Positions 63,000-64,000 of a DNA stretch of 64,000 bases are shown here, piece by piece. The stretch lies in contig JAMLJG010000015.1 in assembly GCA_023953695.1 (NCBI GenBank), positions 2,756 through 66,755 on the forward strand, given 5' to 3'. The position numbers and the translations under genes were made by a program. This DNA comes from Kiritimatiellia bacterium. Its GTDB lineage: Bacteria > Verrucomicrobiota > Kiritimatiellia > CAIVKH01. The notes under the pieces are model-generated. The model was not told where the DNA came from and made no database searches. It was given only the letters and a program-made list of their open reading frames with translations. The number at the start of each line of letters is the position of its first letter. Positions within the stretch are counted from its first letter, which is position 1.

Positions 63000-63459
63000 C
63001 GACGCCGACAATGGCCGCCGCGATGGCGGCGAGAAGGACTGCGCCGGCAGCGAGGTCCTTCGCCCGGCCGATGCCGGGATGGCGCTCCGGATGTATCGCA
63101 TCGGCCAATTCCTCGAGAGCCGAGTTAAACGCTTCAGCCGAGAAGACGAGGCCGATAGCAAAGATAACAGCGAGCCACTCCGTGCGGTTGATGTGGAGGG
63201 CGAAACCGAGCGCGATGGCGGCTGTGGCTAGGGCGAGATGGATGCGGGCGTGCACTCCTTTAATTAGGAAGTGAGCGACTCCGCGAAAGGCGTAGCGGAA
63301 GGCCGCGAGGCGACGGCGGAGAGGGTTTTGTCCGATCTCGTTCACAACGCGACGGTTATAGGTATTCCTTCGCTCTCTTTCAAGCGCATTGCGGCTGCGT
63401 GGAGCGCGCTGGATAGAACTTGCGTTTGGTGTTTTCTGCTCGTATGGTCGCTCTTTCAA
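62971..63459 (-). CDS. dgkA: diacylglycerol kinase (prokaryotic DgkA family)
   Basis: Conserved AAFRYAFRG...EAFNSALEELAD...GRAKDLAAGAVLLAAI pattern across three TM helices. The true start is probably the internal GTG near 63345, which gives about 125 aa. The 3' end overlaps bioA convergently by 29 bp. Confidence 0.75.
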   Translation of the reverse strand: MKERPYEQKTPNASSIQRAPRSRNALERERRNTYNRRVVNEIGQNPLRRRLAAFRYAFRGVAHFLIKGVHARIHLALATAAIALGFALHINRTEWLAVIFAIGLVFSAEAFNSALEELADAIHPERHPGIGRAKDLAAGAVLLAAIAAAIVGVVIFLPRLLP

Positions 63460-63476
63460 GTAGAGGTGCTGTGGAC

Positions 63477-64000
63477 ATGACAGATGCTGATTTGAACGCT
63501 GAAAATCTTGACGCCATTGAGACCCGCGACTGGATTGATTCGCTGGAGGAGGTCTATCACTCTCAAGGCGCGGAGCGGGTGGCGAATCTGCTGAAGGATT
63601 TGCAGTTGGAGGCCCAAAAGTTGGGCGTGAAACTGCCGGTGACGTCGAAAACTCCGTATGTGAACACGATTCCGGCGAATTTGCAGCCGGCCTATCCGGG
63701 CGACCGCGAGGTCGAGCGCCGGATCAAGAGTTTGATTCGCTGGAACGCGATGGCGATGGTCGTTCGCGCGAACAAGAAGAATGACGGCATCGGCGGGCAC
63801 ATTTCGTCGTATGCCTCAGCGGCCACGCTCTACGAAGTGGGTTTCAATCACTTCTTCCGCGGGCGCACGGAGAATCAGGACCCGGATTACGTCTATTTCC
63901 AGGGTCACTCGGCGCCGGGATTCTATGCGCGCGCGTTTCTCGAGGGCCGGCTTTCGCCGCAGAATCTGGACAATTTCCGGCGCGAGTTGGCGAAGGATGG
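63477..64000 (+). CDS. aceE: pyruvate dehydrogenase E1 component (N-terminal part, runs off the window)
   Basis: Not in the supplied ORF table because it has no stop in the window. The translation MTDADLNAENLDAIETRDWIDSLEEV...ERRIKSLIRWNAMAMVVRANKK...YFQGHSAPGFYARAFLEGRL aligns closely with homodimeric AceE N-termini. Confidence 0.85.
   Translation, partial: MTDADLNAENLDAIETRDWIDSLEEVYHSQGAERVANLLKDLQLEAQKLGVKLPVTSKTPYVNTIPANLQPAYPGDREVERRIKSLIRWNAMAMVVRANKKNDGIGGHISSYASAATLYEVGFNHFFRGRTENQDPDYVYFQGHSAPGFYARAFLEGRLSPQNLDNFRRELAKD

Noticed and set aside
61695-63161. 488-aa ORF on the minus strand antisense to bioA
   Set aside because: Extremely Arg/Pro/His-rich and low-complexity, typical of an antisense frame in high-GC DNA. 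bioA on the plus strand has a full-length, well-conserved product.
63456-63800. 114-aa minus-strand ORF at the window end
   Set aside because: It lies antisense to the N-terminal coding region of aceE, which aligns convincingly with pyruvate dehydrogenase E1. No features support it.

Overview
High-GC (about 60-65%) chromosomal segment from a diderm (Gram-negative-type) bacterium, possibly PVC/Verrucomicrobia-like, though I cannot confirm taxonomy from sequence alone. Nearly all of it is core housekeeping. Coordinates 18-14701 are one long minus-strand run: a suf Fe-S cluster locus (Rrf2 regulator, SufT-like, SufC, SufB), then a type IV pilus / type II secretion-like module (GspG-like pseudopilin, GspF/PilC, two GspE/PilB-type ATPases flanking a PilT), then gatCAB and serA. 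Next come outer-membrane and surface-polysaccharide genes (BamD-like TPR protein, LptE-like lipoprotein, Kdo/WaaP-type LPS kinase, methyltransferase, AlgX/J-like protein, GT4 glycosyltransferase, Wzx flippase), rpsT and rpsA. A complete minus-strand rRNA operon follows (16S, tRNA-Ala, tRNA-Ile, 23S, 5S, with promoter and terminator). After it lie pyrF, a HAD hydrolase, recG, mutL, an ExbB-ExbD-ExbD/TPR/L,D-transpeptidase cluster with no recognisable TonB, vanZ, lexA, an M16C peptidase, panE, a compact secretin-family protein, a membrane-anchored methyltransferase, a TRIC-like channel, a biotin locus (bioB; bioF-bioH-sel1-bioC-bioD; bioA), dgkA and the start of aceE. Three things stand out. (1) A roughly 2.8 kb lower-GC insertion sits immediately upstream of bioA. 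It carries a decayed IS5/IS1182-type transposase, a nucleotidyltransferase-fold protein, an FkbM methyltransferase and an OmdA-family protein, and is flanked by a diverged ~165 bp duplication of the bioA promoter and 5' end that leaves an orphan bioA fragment. (2) A 15-bp palindrome, TTCCAA-N3-TTGGAA, recurs with exact 32-bp periodicity in arrays upstream of lexA (three copies) and upstream of both bioA 5' ends (four plus two copies). The island junction falls inside one of these palindromes. (3) The pilus/secretion module has two PilB-like ATPases and a pseudopilin with a non-canonical leader. I saw no CRISPR array, no obvious phage and no recognisable dedicated defence system.
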